Shown piece by piece: positions 14,633-22,361 of a stretch of 24,000 nt of DNA. The first letter of the stretch is position 1. Each line of letters starts with the position of its first letter. The translations under genes and the position numbers were made by a program. Under the pieces are notes generated by a model, which did no database searches, had not been told where the DNA came from, and saw only the letters and a program-made list of their open reading frames with translations. The DNA lies in assembly GCF_001424905.1 (NCBI RefSeq), contig NZ_LMCU01000001.1, positions 1,148,641 through 1,172,640 on the forward strand. The letters are read 5' to 3'. The DNA comes from Leifsonia sp. Root112D2. Lineage in GTDB: Bacteria; Actinomycetota; Actinomycetes; Actinomycetales; Microbacteriaceae.

Positions 14633-16414
14633 TCAGATCGACTGGCGGTAGCCGAAGAACTCGTGGTCGTTGTTGTAGCCGCCAAGACCGCCGCCGATCT
14701 CCGCGAAGTCTTCGACGAACTCGATGGCCTGTATCCATTTGACCATCTTGAATCCGAGCTGGGTCTCGTTGCGCAGCCGTAGGGGCGCCCCGTGGCCGAA
14801 CGACAGCGGTGCGTCGTTCATGTCGTAGGCGAGCATGGTCAGGCGATAGCTCATCTGCTCGATGGCTTGGGCGTCGTAGTAGAGGCCGCCCTCCGGGCCG
14901 AGGGCGAAGGAGTAGAAGATCACCCATTTGGCTTCGGGCTTCGGCTTCACGGTGTCCAGGATGGTCTGCATGGAGATGCCGCCCCACTTGGCAATACCCG
15001 ACCAGCCCTGAATACAGAAGTGCTGGGTGATCTGCTCGTGATGCGGCAGGGCGCGCAACTGCTCGAGAGTCAGTTCCACCGGATGCTCGACCAGGCCGTG
15101 CACGGTGAGCTTGTAGTCGGCGAAGTTGCCGGCCTGAAGCCGCTGATAGTCGTCGGTGTCAGGGTATTTGCCGTTGTGCCAGAAGTACGGCGAAATGTCG
15201 TCCTCCGTGTACTGGCCGGGCTTGGAATCGATGTGCTCGAACAGCCGCTGAGCGGGCCCGATCAGCGCGTATCCGACCTTCTGCACCACGCGTGGATGCC
15301 GGTAGGTGAACGGGGTTGCCGCAACCCAGGCGACGACTACGACCACCATCGACGCCGCAAAGATCCAGAATCCGAGCCACGATTCGGAATCCTGGGAGGC
15401 GTACATGTGGTTCAGATTGCGCAGGGCCCCCGTGGTCAGCACGAGCGCAACGTGAACGACGATGAAAATGATGAACCAGCACAGGATCAGGAAGTGTGTC
15501 GACCGCGCGAACTGAATGCTGAAGACCGAACTGACCTTGCGAAAGCGAGTGGAGAGCACGGGCGACATTCCCAGCCCTGTGATGAGGGCGAGCGGCGCCG
15601 CGATGAAGACGGTGACGAAGTACGCGATGAGCTGCAGGCTGTTGTAGTTGCTCCAGCCCGACTCGGTGGGCCAGTCCAGCGAGAGGTATTGGATCGCAAC
15701 CGAGATCGCGTTCGGAATGACGTCCCAGCGCAGCGGCACCAGTCGCATCCATTGCCCCGTCGTGAACAGCAAGACGAAGAAGACGATGCCGTTGGCCAGC
15801 CACAGCGTGTCGATGCCGAGATGCCACCAGCGAGCCAGGCCGATCGAGTGCCTGCGGCCCGGGAGTCCGACGCCGTTCGGCAGGGTGATCGAGTCTTCCT
15901 TTGCCGTGTAGAGGGGGTTGGTGGGAACGGGCTTCTGAATTCGAAACCACTCTTTGCCCGGTGTGGAATGCCTCGTCCAGTAGAGCCGGGGGTGGTCGGA
16001 GAGGATCGTGACTCCGGAACGGATGATGAAGATCATCAGGAACATGTTCAGGAAGTGCTGCCAGCCGATCCACGCCGGAATCCCTACCGGTGCGTTGTCC
16101 GGCAGTTCGGACGTTCCGGGATACGTGCGGATGAAATCGTGCACGGCTGGAAGCCCTCGAATCCCCTGGGCCACGGCCACCCCGATGAGCAGCAGGACGA
16201 GCCCGATCGGTATCAACCAGAGCAGGTTGAACCACTTGCTGTGACCGATGCGCACCCGCGGCGCCACGCCGTATTGTGCGGGCACGCCTCCGGCCCAGTC
16301 CTCGTCGACGACGGTATAGCGCGTGCGATCGAGTTCCGCTCGAAAACTCGCGCGCACTCCCTCAGCGCCAATATCCGAGGCGGGCAGTGGCCGATCCTTC
16401 GAAGGAGGCTCCAT
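14633..16414 (-). CDS. Membrane-anchored molybdopterin-dependent oxidoreductase (six-TM b-type-cytochrome-like domain fused to a MsrP/YedY / sulfite-oxidase-family Moco domain)
   Basis: Six hydrophobic segments at approx. aa 61-85, 115-138, 198-221, 260-283, 305-329 and 346-369. The C-terminal ~190 aa carry HFCIQGWSG (YedY-like Cys motif), MLAYDMNDAPLSFGHGAPLRL and GFKMVKWIQAIEF. Confidence 0.8.
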   Translation of the reverse strand: MEPPSKDRPLPASDIGAEGVRASFRAELDRTRYTVVDEDWAGGVPAQYGVAPRVRIGHSKWFNLLWLIPIGLVLLLIGVAVAQGIRGLPAVHDFIRTYPGTSELPDNAPVGIPAWIGWQHFLNMFLMIFIIRSGVTILSDHPRLYWTRHSTPGKEWFRIQKPVPTNPLYTAKEDSITLPNGVGLPGRRHSIGLARWWHLGIDTLWLANGIVFFVLLFTTGQWMRLVPLRWDVIPNAISVAIQYLSLDWPTESGWSNYNSLQLIAYFVTVFIAAPLALITGLGMSPVLSTRFRKVSSVFSIQFARSTHFLILCWFIIFIVVHVALVLTTGALRNLNHMYASQDSESWLGFWIFAASMVVVVVAWVAATPFTYRHPRVVQKVGYALIGPAQRLFEHIDSKPGQYTEDDISPYFWHNGKYPDTDDYQRLQAGNFADYKLTVHGLVEHPVELTLEQLRALPHHEQITQHFCIQGWSGIAKWGGISMQTILDTVKPKPEAKWVIFYSFALGPEGGLYYDAQAIEQMSYRLTMLAYDMNDAPLSFGHGAPLRLRNETQLGFKMVKWIQAIEFVEDFAEIGGGLGGYNNDHEFFGYRQSI

Positions 16415-16424
16415 GCCCAGAGCG

Positions 16425-16449
16425 TAGCCGGGTGTCGGAGCCCCGGCTA
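16425..16449 (-). terminator. Hairpin between the XRE-cupin gene and the molybdoenzyme gene (terminator or RBS-proximal structure)
   Basis: TAGCCGGG (16425-16432) pairs with CCCGGCTA (16442-16449): 8-bp stem, 9-nt loop. It lies 27 nt after the XRE stop and 10 nt before the downstream start. No U-tract. Confidence 0.35.
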
Positions 16450-16475
16450 GCTGCGGGTCGCCGCTGTTCTCCCGC

Positions 16476-17090
16476 TTACGGAGCGGATGACGGGCGCGCC
16501 CGCACGTGCATCCGCTCGCCTTGCCGACCGAACAGGCTGAGGAATTCGACCGCGCCGGTGCCGGCTCGTCCGAACCAGTGCGGGGTTCTCGTGTCGAATT
16601 CTGCCGCCTCTCCGGCGGGAAGAATCAGGTCATGGTCGCCGAGTACGAGGCGGAGCTGGCCGCGCATGACATAGATCCACTCGTAGCCTTCGTGCATCTG
16701 CGGATTGGGCTCGCCGGGAGGGATCGAGGCCGGAATGACGTGCTTGAACGCCTGCAGCCCATCTGCGCCGCGACTCAGGGGCAGTATCGTCATGCCGCCC
16801 CGGGTGACGGGGCGAATGTGGATGCGCGGATCTCCCGTTGCGGGTGCCCCCACGAGTTCGTCGAGGGGAACCCCGTGCTCGCGAGCGAGCGGCAGGAGCA
16901 GTTCAAGCGTCGGCTTTCGTTGCCCGGCCTCCAGGCGGGAGAGGGTGCTGACGGAAATGCCTGTCGCTGCGCTGAGCTCGGCCAACGTGGTGTTGCGCCT
17001 CAGGCGCAGCGCGCGCAGCCTCGGCCCGACCGAGTTCAGCACGTCTCCTGTCGTGTCATCCACCGCTTCAGTTTGCCAGACCGGCAACAA
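16476..17090 (-). CDS. XRE-family transcriptional regulator with C-terminal cupin domain
   Basis: HTH_3 segment LRALRLRRNTTLAELSAATGISVSTLSRLEAGQRKP, and a cupin segment HEGYEWIYVMRGQLRLVLGDHDLILPAGEAAEFDTRTPH. The TTG start at 17090 is uncertain; an alternative GTG lies at 17063. Confidence 0.8.
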   Translation of the reverse strand: MLPVWQTEAVDDTTGDVLNSVGPRLRALRLRRNTTLAELSAATGISVSTLSRLEAGQRKPTLELLLPLAREHGVPLDELVGAPATGDPRIHIRPVTRGGMTILPLSRGADGLQAFKHVIPASIPPGEPNPQMHEGYEWIYVMRGQLRLVLGDHDLILPAGEAAEFDTRTPHWFGRAGTGAVEFLSLFGRQGERMHVRARPSSAP

Positions 17091-17112
17091 AGCTTGTCAA
17101 TTCGCGCCCCAT

Positions 17113-17128
17113 CGTTCCACGATGAACG
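17113..17128. promoter_or_regulatory. Inverted repeat CGTTC-N6-GAACG in the divergent XRE-cupin / flavoprotein intergenic region
   Basis: 5-bp arms at 17113-17117 and 17124-17128, 12 nt upstream of the + strand start. Short, so chance occurrence is possible. Confidence 0.25.
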
Positions 17129-17139
17129 CGGAGGTCATC

Positions 17140-18096
17140 ATGACGCGAACGAACGAGAACGAATATGACGTGGTCATCGTCGGAGGCGGCGCCGCCGGGC
17201 TGAGCGCGGCCGTATCCCTGGGGCGCTCGCGGCGTTCCGTGCTGGTTATCGACGCCGGCGAGCCGCGCAATGCGCCCGCGGCCGGCGTGCACAACTTTCT
17301 GAGCCGCGACGGGGTGAACCCGCTCGAACTGCAGCGGCTCGGCAGGGACGAGGTCGAACGCTACGGGGGACGTGTGGCGCGGGGCAGCGCCGTGACGGCG
17401 AGCCGCACCGACGAAGGTTTCGTGGTGACGATGGAGGGCGGCAGCGTGGTTCGGGGGCGGCGGCTGCTCGTCGCATCCGGTGTGGTCGATGAGCTGCCGA
17501 GTGTGGTGGGGCTGCAGGAGCGCTGGGGCAAGGACGTGGTGCACTGCCCGTATTGCCACGGCTGGGAGGTGCGCGACCAGGCGATCGGCATACTCGCGAC
17601 CGGGCCGATGGCCATGCATCAGGCGATGCTGTTTCGGCAATTGAGCGCGACCGTCACCTTCTTCGCCCACACCGCGCCGCCGCTCACGGACGAGGAGCGG
17701 GAACAGCTCGCCGCGCGCGACATCCGCGTGGTCGAAGGCATCGTCGAGTCGCTCGAGGTGGTGGACGACGCGCTCGCCGGGGTGCTGCTGGCAGACGGGG
17801 CGAGACATCCGGTGCAGGCGCTTGCCGTGGCCACGACCCTGACGGCGCGGTCCGAGATTCTCGGCGGTCTCGGAGTGAAGCCGACGGCGCATCCGATGGG
17901 CGTCGGCACCTACATCGAATCGGATGCGACGGGGCTGACCTCGGCCGCCGGCGTGTGGGTGGCCGGTAACGTTACCGACCCCGTGGCCCAGGTGGTGACG
18001 GCGGCAAGCGACGGTCTGCGCGCCGGCGCCGCCATCAACGCCGATCTCATTGCCGAAGAAGTGCGCGAGGCGATTGCCGCGCGAGCGACCGCCTGA
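17140..18096 (+). CDS. NAD(P)/FAD-dependent oxidoreductase, thioredoxin-reductase-like with CPYC redox motif
   Basis: Taken from track ORF 16705..18096. ATG at 17140 has GGAGG 6 nt upstream. Motifs YDVVIVGGGAAGLSAAVSLGR, HCPYCHGWE and GVWVAGNVTD. Confidence 0.85.
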   Translation: MTRTNENEYDVVIVGGGAAGLSAAVSLGRSRRSVLVIDAGEPRNAPAAGVHNFLSRDGVNPLELQRLGRDEVERYGGRVARGSAVTASRTDEGFVVTMEGGSVVRGRRLLVASGVVDELPSVVGLQERWGKDVVHCPYCHGWEVRDQAIGILATGPMAMHQAMLFRQLSATVTFFAHTAPPLTDEEREQLAARDIRVVEGIVESLEVVDDALAGVLLADGARHPVQALAVATTLTARSEILGGLGVKPTAHPMGVGTYIESDATGLTSAAGVWVAGNVTDPVAQVVTAASDGLRAGAAINADLIAEEVREAIAARATA

Positions 18097-18141
18097 TCGC
18101 AGGCGCCGCGACCGGCGGCAATGGAGTAGACCCCCTTGTCT

Positions 18142-18160
18142 CAAACATCATACGTATGAT
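18142..18160. promoter_or_regulatory. Candidate operator site 1: CAAACATCATACGTATG plus the full 14-bp palindrome ATCATACGTATGAT (18147-18160)
   Basis: Perfect 14-bp palindrome ~60 bp upstream of the beta-helix gene. The 17-nt core is identical to 20907-20923. It is flanked by direct CCCTTGT repeats (18133-18139, 18163-18169). Confidence 0.5.
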
Positions 18161-18212
18161 ATCCCTTGTTCTGGGGACACTGTAGCCCTCCGAACAAAGG
18201 GAGCAATCAGAC

Positions 18213-20855
18213 ATGACATTGACGTCAGACACTCAAGGATTGACAACGAAACGAAGGAGGCGCCGAGTTGCGGCGCTTTCCGTGCTCAGCGCCGGGTTCG
18301 TCGTCGCATCGGCACTCTTTCCGCTCAGCGCCCAGGCTGCTCCATCGACGACGTACTTCGCGTCGCCCGACGGCAGCGGCTCAGGCAATTGCGTTCAAAC
18401 CCGGCCGTGCTCGCTCGAGCATGCCCAAAACATCGTGCGGGGTAAGGCACACCGTGGCGACGTCAGGGTGGAACTCGCCGACGGCACCTACCGCATCACC
18501 AAGCCGCTGCAGTTTCGGGCGAACGACGGAGGCGGCGAGCACACGATCGAGTGGAAGGCTGCACCCGGTGCGCACCCTGTGATCTCGGGGGCCACGAAAG
18601 TCGGTGGCTGGGTGAAATCGGATGCCGGCTCCGGCATCTGGGAGGCCTCGACCCCGAGTGGGCTCGACACCCGCCAGCTCTTCGTGAACGGAACGATAGC
18701 GCCACGCGCAGCGATGCGACTGGCAAACTCGGATGTCACGCCCACGGCGACCGGACTGACCATCAAGAACCCCGCGCTCAGCTCCCTCGCGACGCTCCCC
18801 GACCAGGGGCGCATCGAATTCGAGTCGCTCGGGGACTTCACCAACCGCTACTCGCCGGTGAAAAGCATCAGCGGCAGCGAGATCACGATGAAGCAGCCGG
18901 CCTGGAACAACAACACCTGGGGCTGGGACACCGTGCAGAACTCGTTCCTGGCCGGGCCGAGTTGGTACCTGGACAACTCCCTTCGATTCCTCACCGAGGT
19001 CGGCCAGTGGTACATCGATCCCGATGCAGGCACGCTCTACTACAAGCCGGCGGCAGGGATCGACCCGAACAGCCTCGATGTCGAACTGCCGCGCCTGCAG
19101 TCGCTCGTCAGCATCGGTGGAACCTACCAGAAGCCGGTGACGGGGCTTGCATTCAGCGGCATCCAGTTCACAGGCACCTCGTGGATGGGCCCATCCGTCG
19201 ACGGATATGCAGACCAGCAGAACGGAACGTTCATCAAGGGCGCGTACGACTACCGCCCCGCGGATGCGTTCACCAGCTGCTCGCGTGGCTGCGAGATGTT
19301 CGAGCGCGCCCGCACCGACTGGTTCCAGGAGCCCGCGGCCGTGCAGGTGTCGGCGGCGAGCCGAATCTCGTTCACGGGTAACACGTTCACCAACCTTGGC
19401 CAGTCGGCCCTGGGAATCGGAAACGACGCCAACGCCACCTCGTCTGGAATCGGTCTCGGTGCCAGCAACATCAGCGTGGTGGGCAACCGCTTCATGGAGG
19501 ACAGCGGGCATGGCGTGGTCGTCGGCGGTGTTCTGCCCGACGCGCATCACCCGAGCGATTCGCGAATGACCAACAAGGACATCCTGATTCAAAACAACAC
19601 GATCAACCGGGTGTCCGTCGATTACAAAGACAACAGCGGCATTCTCAGCACCTACGTCACGAATGCCAGCATTCTTCACAATGAGGTCTCCAACGTGCCG
19701 TACGACGGAATCGACACCGGTTTCGGATGGGGCATCAACGACGCCGGCGGCTCGAACGACTACGTGGATCGCGGCTATTACAAGTGGAACACGCTCTACA
19801 CGACGCCGACCACGCTGAAGAACACCCGCGTTGAGGCGAACCTCGTTCACAACACGAAGTCGCGATTCGCAGACGGCGGAACCATCTACAACCTCTCCGC
19901 CAACCCTGGATCAACCTTCGACAAGAACTATCTCTTCAACATCTCCGGGGTCGGGCTTTACCTGGACGAGGGCTCACGGTCGATGACCTGGGAGAGCAAC
20001 GTCGTGCAGGGCGGCTCGTTCGTGTTCACAAACGCGTACAGCCTGCGCAATAACACCAGCGACAACGTCATTCAGAACAACTGGTACAACTCCGGTGGCG
20101 TGTCGGCGCCGAATGCCGAGGCGCACAACAACAAGCTGGTCAACAACATCAAGGTGAATGGTGCTGACTGGCCGGCTGGTGCTCGCGCAGTGATCTGCGC
20201 ATCCGGAGTCGAAGCGCAGTACCGCACCGCCCTGAACGCGAACCTGTTCGGGTTCACCGGATGCTCGACCGATTCACCGCTCGCATCGGGGTTCAGCATG
20301 GCAGGGGCATCCGCCCTGAGTGCGTACTTCGGCCAGAACGGTAAGGCGTTTGGCATCGCCGCGAAGGGCGCAGACGTCTGGGGCGCCGGTGGCCAGCATG
20401 ATGACCAGTTCGGGGCCATCTACCGCGCCGGTTCATTCAGCGACGCCTCGAGCGCTTCCGTTCGGGTGGTGTCGGTGAACGACGCCGATCCGTGGGCGAA
20501 GTCGGGCATCATGGTGCGCAACGATATGACGAAGGCTGGAGCATCGGGAGGATGCGCCGTCGTGGCTGCGACGGCTCGCAACGGAGTGGTCTTCGAATGG
20601 GATTCCAACGGTGACGGCTATCTCGACACGGATGCTAAGGCGAACGTCGACAGCCACAGGCCCGTCTGGGTGCGACTCACCCGCTCGGGAATGTCGTTCT
20701 CGGCCTCGTATTCGTACGATGGCGTGAACTATGTGCCGGTCGGCTCGCCGGTCACACTGGCCTCCGCGGCCGGCACGCAGGATGCCGGCATCTTCTCTAC
20801 CTCGCACAACACCACCCAGTCGGCGATCAACCAGTTCGACTCGCTGACGTATTAG
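18213..20855 (+). CDS. Secreted right-handed parallel beta-helix protein (pectate-lyase-fold glycan-active enzyme candidate) with a C-terminal ConA/LamG-like jelly-roll domain
   Basis: SD GGGAG lies 9 nt upstream. Twin-Arg signal KRRRRRVAALSVLSAGFVVASALFPLSAQA/AP. The N-terminal YFASPDGSGSGNC...DGTYRI is typical of beta-helix enzymes. Repeated N/G-rich turns (NNTINR, HNEVSN, HNTKSRFADGG, ESNVVQGG). The C-terminus has WAKSGIMVRN...WVRLTRSG...SYDGVNY. Confidence 0.75.
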   Translation: MTLTSDTQGLTTKRRRRRVAALSVLSAGFVVASALFPLSAQAAPSTTYFASPDGSGSGNCVQTRPCSLEHAQNIVRGKAHRGDVRVELADGTYRITKPLQFRANDGGGEHTIEWKAAPGAHPVISGATKVGGWVKSDAGSGIWEASTPSGLDTRQLFVNGTIAPRAAMRLANSDVTPTATGLTIKNPALSSLATLPDQGRIEFESLGDFTNRYSPVKSISGSEITMKQPAWNNNTWGWDTVQNSFLAGPSWYLDNSLRFLTEVGQWYIDPDAGTLYYKPAAGIDPNSLDVELPRLQSLVSIGGTYQKPVTGLAFSGIQFTGTSWMGPSVDGYADQQNGTFIKGAYDYRPADAFTSCSRGCEMFERARTDWFQEPAAVQVSAASRISFTGNTFTNLGQSALGIGNDANATSSGIGLGASNISVVGNRFMEDSGHGVVVGGVLPDAHHPSDSRMTNKDILIQNNTINRVSVDYKDNSGILSTYVTNASILHNEVSNVPYDGIDTGFGWGINDAGGSNDYVDRGYYKWNTLYTTPTTLKNTRVEANLVHNTKSRFADGGTIYNLSANPGSTFDKNYLFNISGVGLYLDEGSRSMTWESNVVQGGSFVFTNAYSLRNNTSDNVIQNNWYNSGGVSAPNAEAHNNKLVNNIKVNGADWPAGARAVICASGVEAQYRTALNANLFGFTGCSTDSPLASGFSMAGASALSAYFGQNGKAFGIAAKGADVWGAGGQHDDQFGAIYRAGSFSDASSASVRVVSVNDADPWAKSGIMVRNDMTKAGASGGCAVVAATARNGVVFEWDSNGDGYLDTDAKANVDSHRPVWVRLTRSGMSFSASYSYDGVNYVPVGSPVTLASAAGTQDAGIFSTSHNTTQSAINQFDSLTY

Positions 20856-20862
20856 CGCGATC

Positions 20863-20891
20863 GGAGGGGCGGAGCGTGAAGCTCCGCCCTC
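20863..20891 (+). terminator. GC-rich stem-loop terminator after the beta-helix gene
   Basis: GGAGGGGCGGAGC / loop GTGAA / GCTCCGCCCTC: 9 contiguous GC-rich pairs plus 2 after a one-G bulge, starting 8 nt after the stop. No clear U-tract, as is common in high-GC actinobacteria. Confidence 0.55.
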
Positions 20892-20906
20892 TGTGCGCGG
20901 TCTATA

Positions 20907-20923
20907 CAAACATCATACGTATG
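20907..20923. promoter_or_regulatory. Candidate operator site 2: CAAACATCATACGTATG (palindromic core CATACGTATG)
   Basis: 17/17 identical to 18142-18158. It lies between the terminator and the SBP start, 64 nt upstream of ATG 20987. TATTAT, a possible -10, follows at 20927-20932. Confidence 0.5.
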
Positions 20924-20986
20924 CCCTATTATCTGTACTACGCCTCCTCGGAGTCGTCAATGAAGTCGACAAGACAAGGACATCTC

Positions 20987-22360
20987 ATGATCGGAATCCA
21001 CCATGTGGTGCGTTCACGCCGCCGATCGGCGCTGACCGTCACCGCACTTGGCGCCGCAACGGCGCTTTTTGCTCTTACCGGGTGCAGCACCGGGACGAGC
21101 ACAACGAACGGATCGTACGGTTTTCCCGAAGCCAAGCAGAACGCCTCCTCGACGATAACCGTCTGGGTCGACGCGGATCGCCAGGCCGCCGCGAAGGCAT
21201 TTGAAAAGGCGAACCCCGACACCAAGATCAAGGTCGTCTCGTATGACGGCTCGGCGAACGGGTCGAATTCTTTCCGCACGAAGATGCAGCTCTTCGACAG
21301 GGCCGGCAGCGGCTGGCCCGATGTCGTGTTCTCCTCCCAGAATACCGACGCGGCCTGGGCAAGCCAGAAGAGCGGTGGCAAGCAGGCCTTCGCCGCCACC
21401 CTCGACAAGGGCCTTGTGCCTCAAAAGACTCTTGACGGCTTTGCTGCGGGCGCGCTCAACCCGTGCACCGTTGAGGGCCACGTCTACTGCCTACGCAACG
21501 ACCTGGCCCAGGCGGTGCTCTGGTACAACAAGTCGCTCATGGACCAGTTCGGGTACAGCATTCCAAAGACCTGGGAAGACTACGAGGCTCTCGGCGCCAA
21601 GGTCGCCAGCGAGCACCCTGGATACATCATCGGTACGGCGGGAGACGCCTGGACCCCCGAGGTGTTCATGTGGGCGAGCAAGTGTGAGGCCAACAATGTG
21701 ACCGGACCCAAGGCCGTGACGGTGAAGACAGACACAACGCAGTGCAAGCGCGCTGCCTCGTTGCTCGACACGCTTCGCGAAAATGGCACGGTTCCGCCCG
21801 TCAGCGTGTTCACGCCGGAGTTCGTGAAGAAGTACACCGGCAAGGTGCTGATGATGCCCGGCCCCGCGTGGTACGCCGGCGCGATCTTCAACAACCCCCA
21901 GTCGCTCAACGTGCCCGCCGGCCAGCTGGCTGTTGCCGCTCCTCTTCCCTGGAAGGGTGAGGACAAGGCGGCTACCGGCAACGTCGGTGGCGGCACCTGG
22001 TTCATCTCCAGCCACTCGAAGAACCTCAAGGCGGCCGAGAAGTTCGTGCAGTACGTCACGACGGCGGATGCATACCAGGTCGACCTCGCACCGGGCTACC
22101 CCGCGTACTCGGCGGCCGCCGACAAGTGGATCGCGAAGCAGGACGCCAGCAAGTACTTTGCAACGCCCCTGCAGCCCATCGTGACCGCGGCCTCCCAGAT
22201 CTGGGACGGCTGGGGCTACGGAATCTTCAGCCAGGAGGCCATCTGGGCCAAGACCATCACCACGGGCGTCGCCGGAGGCAAGACGATCTCCGAGCTGCTG
22301 CCCGCCTGGCAGACGGCGATCGAGAACCAGGCCAAGGTCGACGGATACAAGGTGAACTAA
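20987..22360 (+). CDS. ABC transporter extracellular solute-binding lipoprotein (carbohydrate, family 1 SBP)
   Basis: Taken from track ORF 20876..22360. ATG at 20987 has AAGGA 6 nt upstream; an alternative ATG lies at 20960. Signal peptide with lipobox ALTGC. The body is SBP_bac_1-like (ITVWVDADR..., WYNKSLMDQFGY). Confidence 0.85.
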   Translation: MIGIHHVVRSRRRSALTVTALGAATALFALTGCSTGTSTTNGSYGFPEAKQNASSTITVWVDADRQAAAKAFEKANPDTKIKVVSYDGSANGSNSFRTKMQLFDRAGSGWPDVVFSSQNTDAAWASQKSGGKQAFAATLDKGLVPQKTLDGFAAGALNPCTVEGHVYCLRNDLAQAVLWYNKSLMDQFGYSIPKTWEDYEALGAKVASEHPGYIIGTAGDAWTPEVFMWASKCEANNVTGPKAVTVKTDTTQCKRAASLLDTLRENGTVPPVSVFTPEFVKKYTGKVLMMPGPAWYAGAIFNNPQSLNVPAGQLAVAAPLPWKGEDKAATGNVGGGTWFISSHSKNLKAAEKFVQYVTTADAYQVDLAPGYPAYSAAADKWIAKQDASKYFATPLQPIVTAASQIWDGWGYGIFSQEAIWAKTITTGVAGGKTISELLPAWQTAIENQAKVDGYKVN

Positions 22361-22361
22361 C

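Noticed and set aside
16401-16427. A strong SD-like GAAGGAGG followed by an ATG on the + strand (ATG CCC AGA GCG TAG).
   Set aside because: The ORF is only 4 codons long and lies antisense to the first codons of the molybdoenzyme gene. It is most likely a coincidence of the complementary sequence.
18104-18117. A short hairpin CGCCG-CGAC-CGGCG after the flavoprotein gene stop, considered as a terminator.
   Set aside because: It has only a 5-bp stem with a 4-nt loop and no U-tract. Such hairpins are too common in GC-rich DNA to call.
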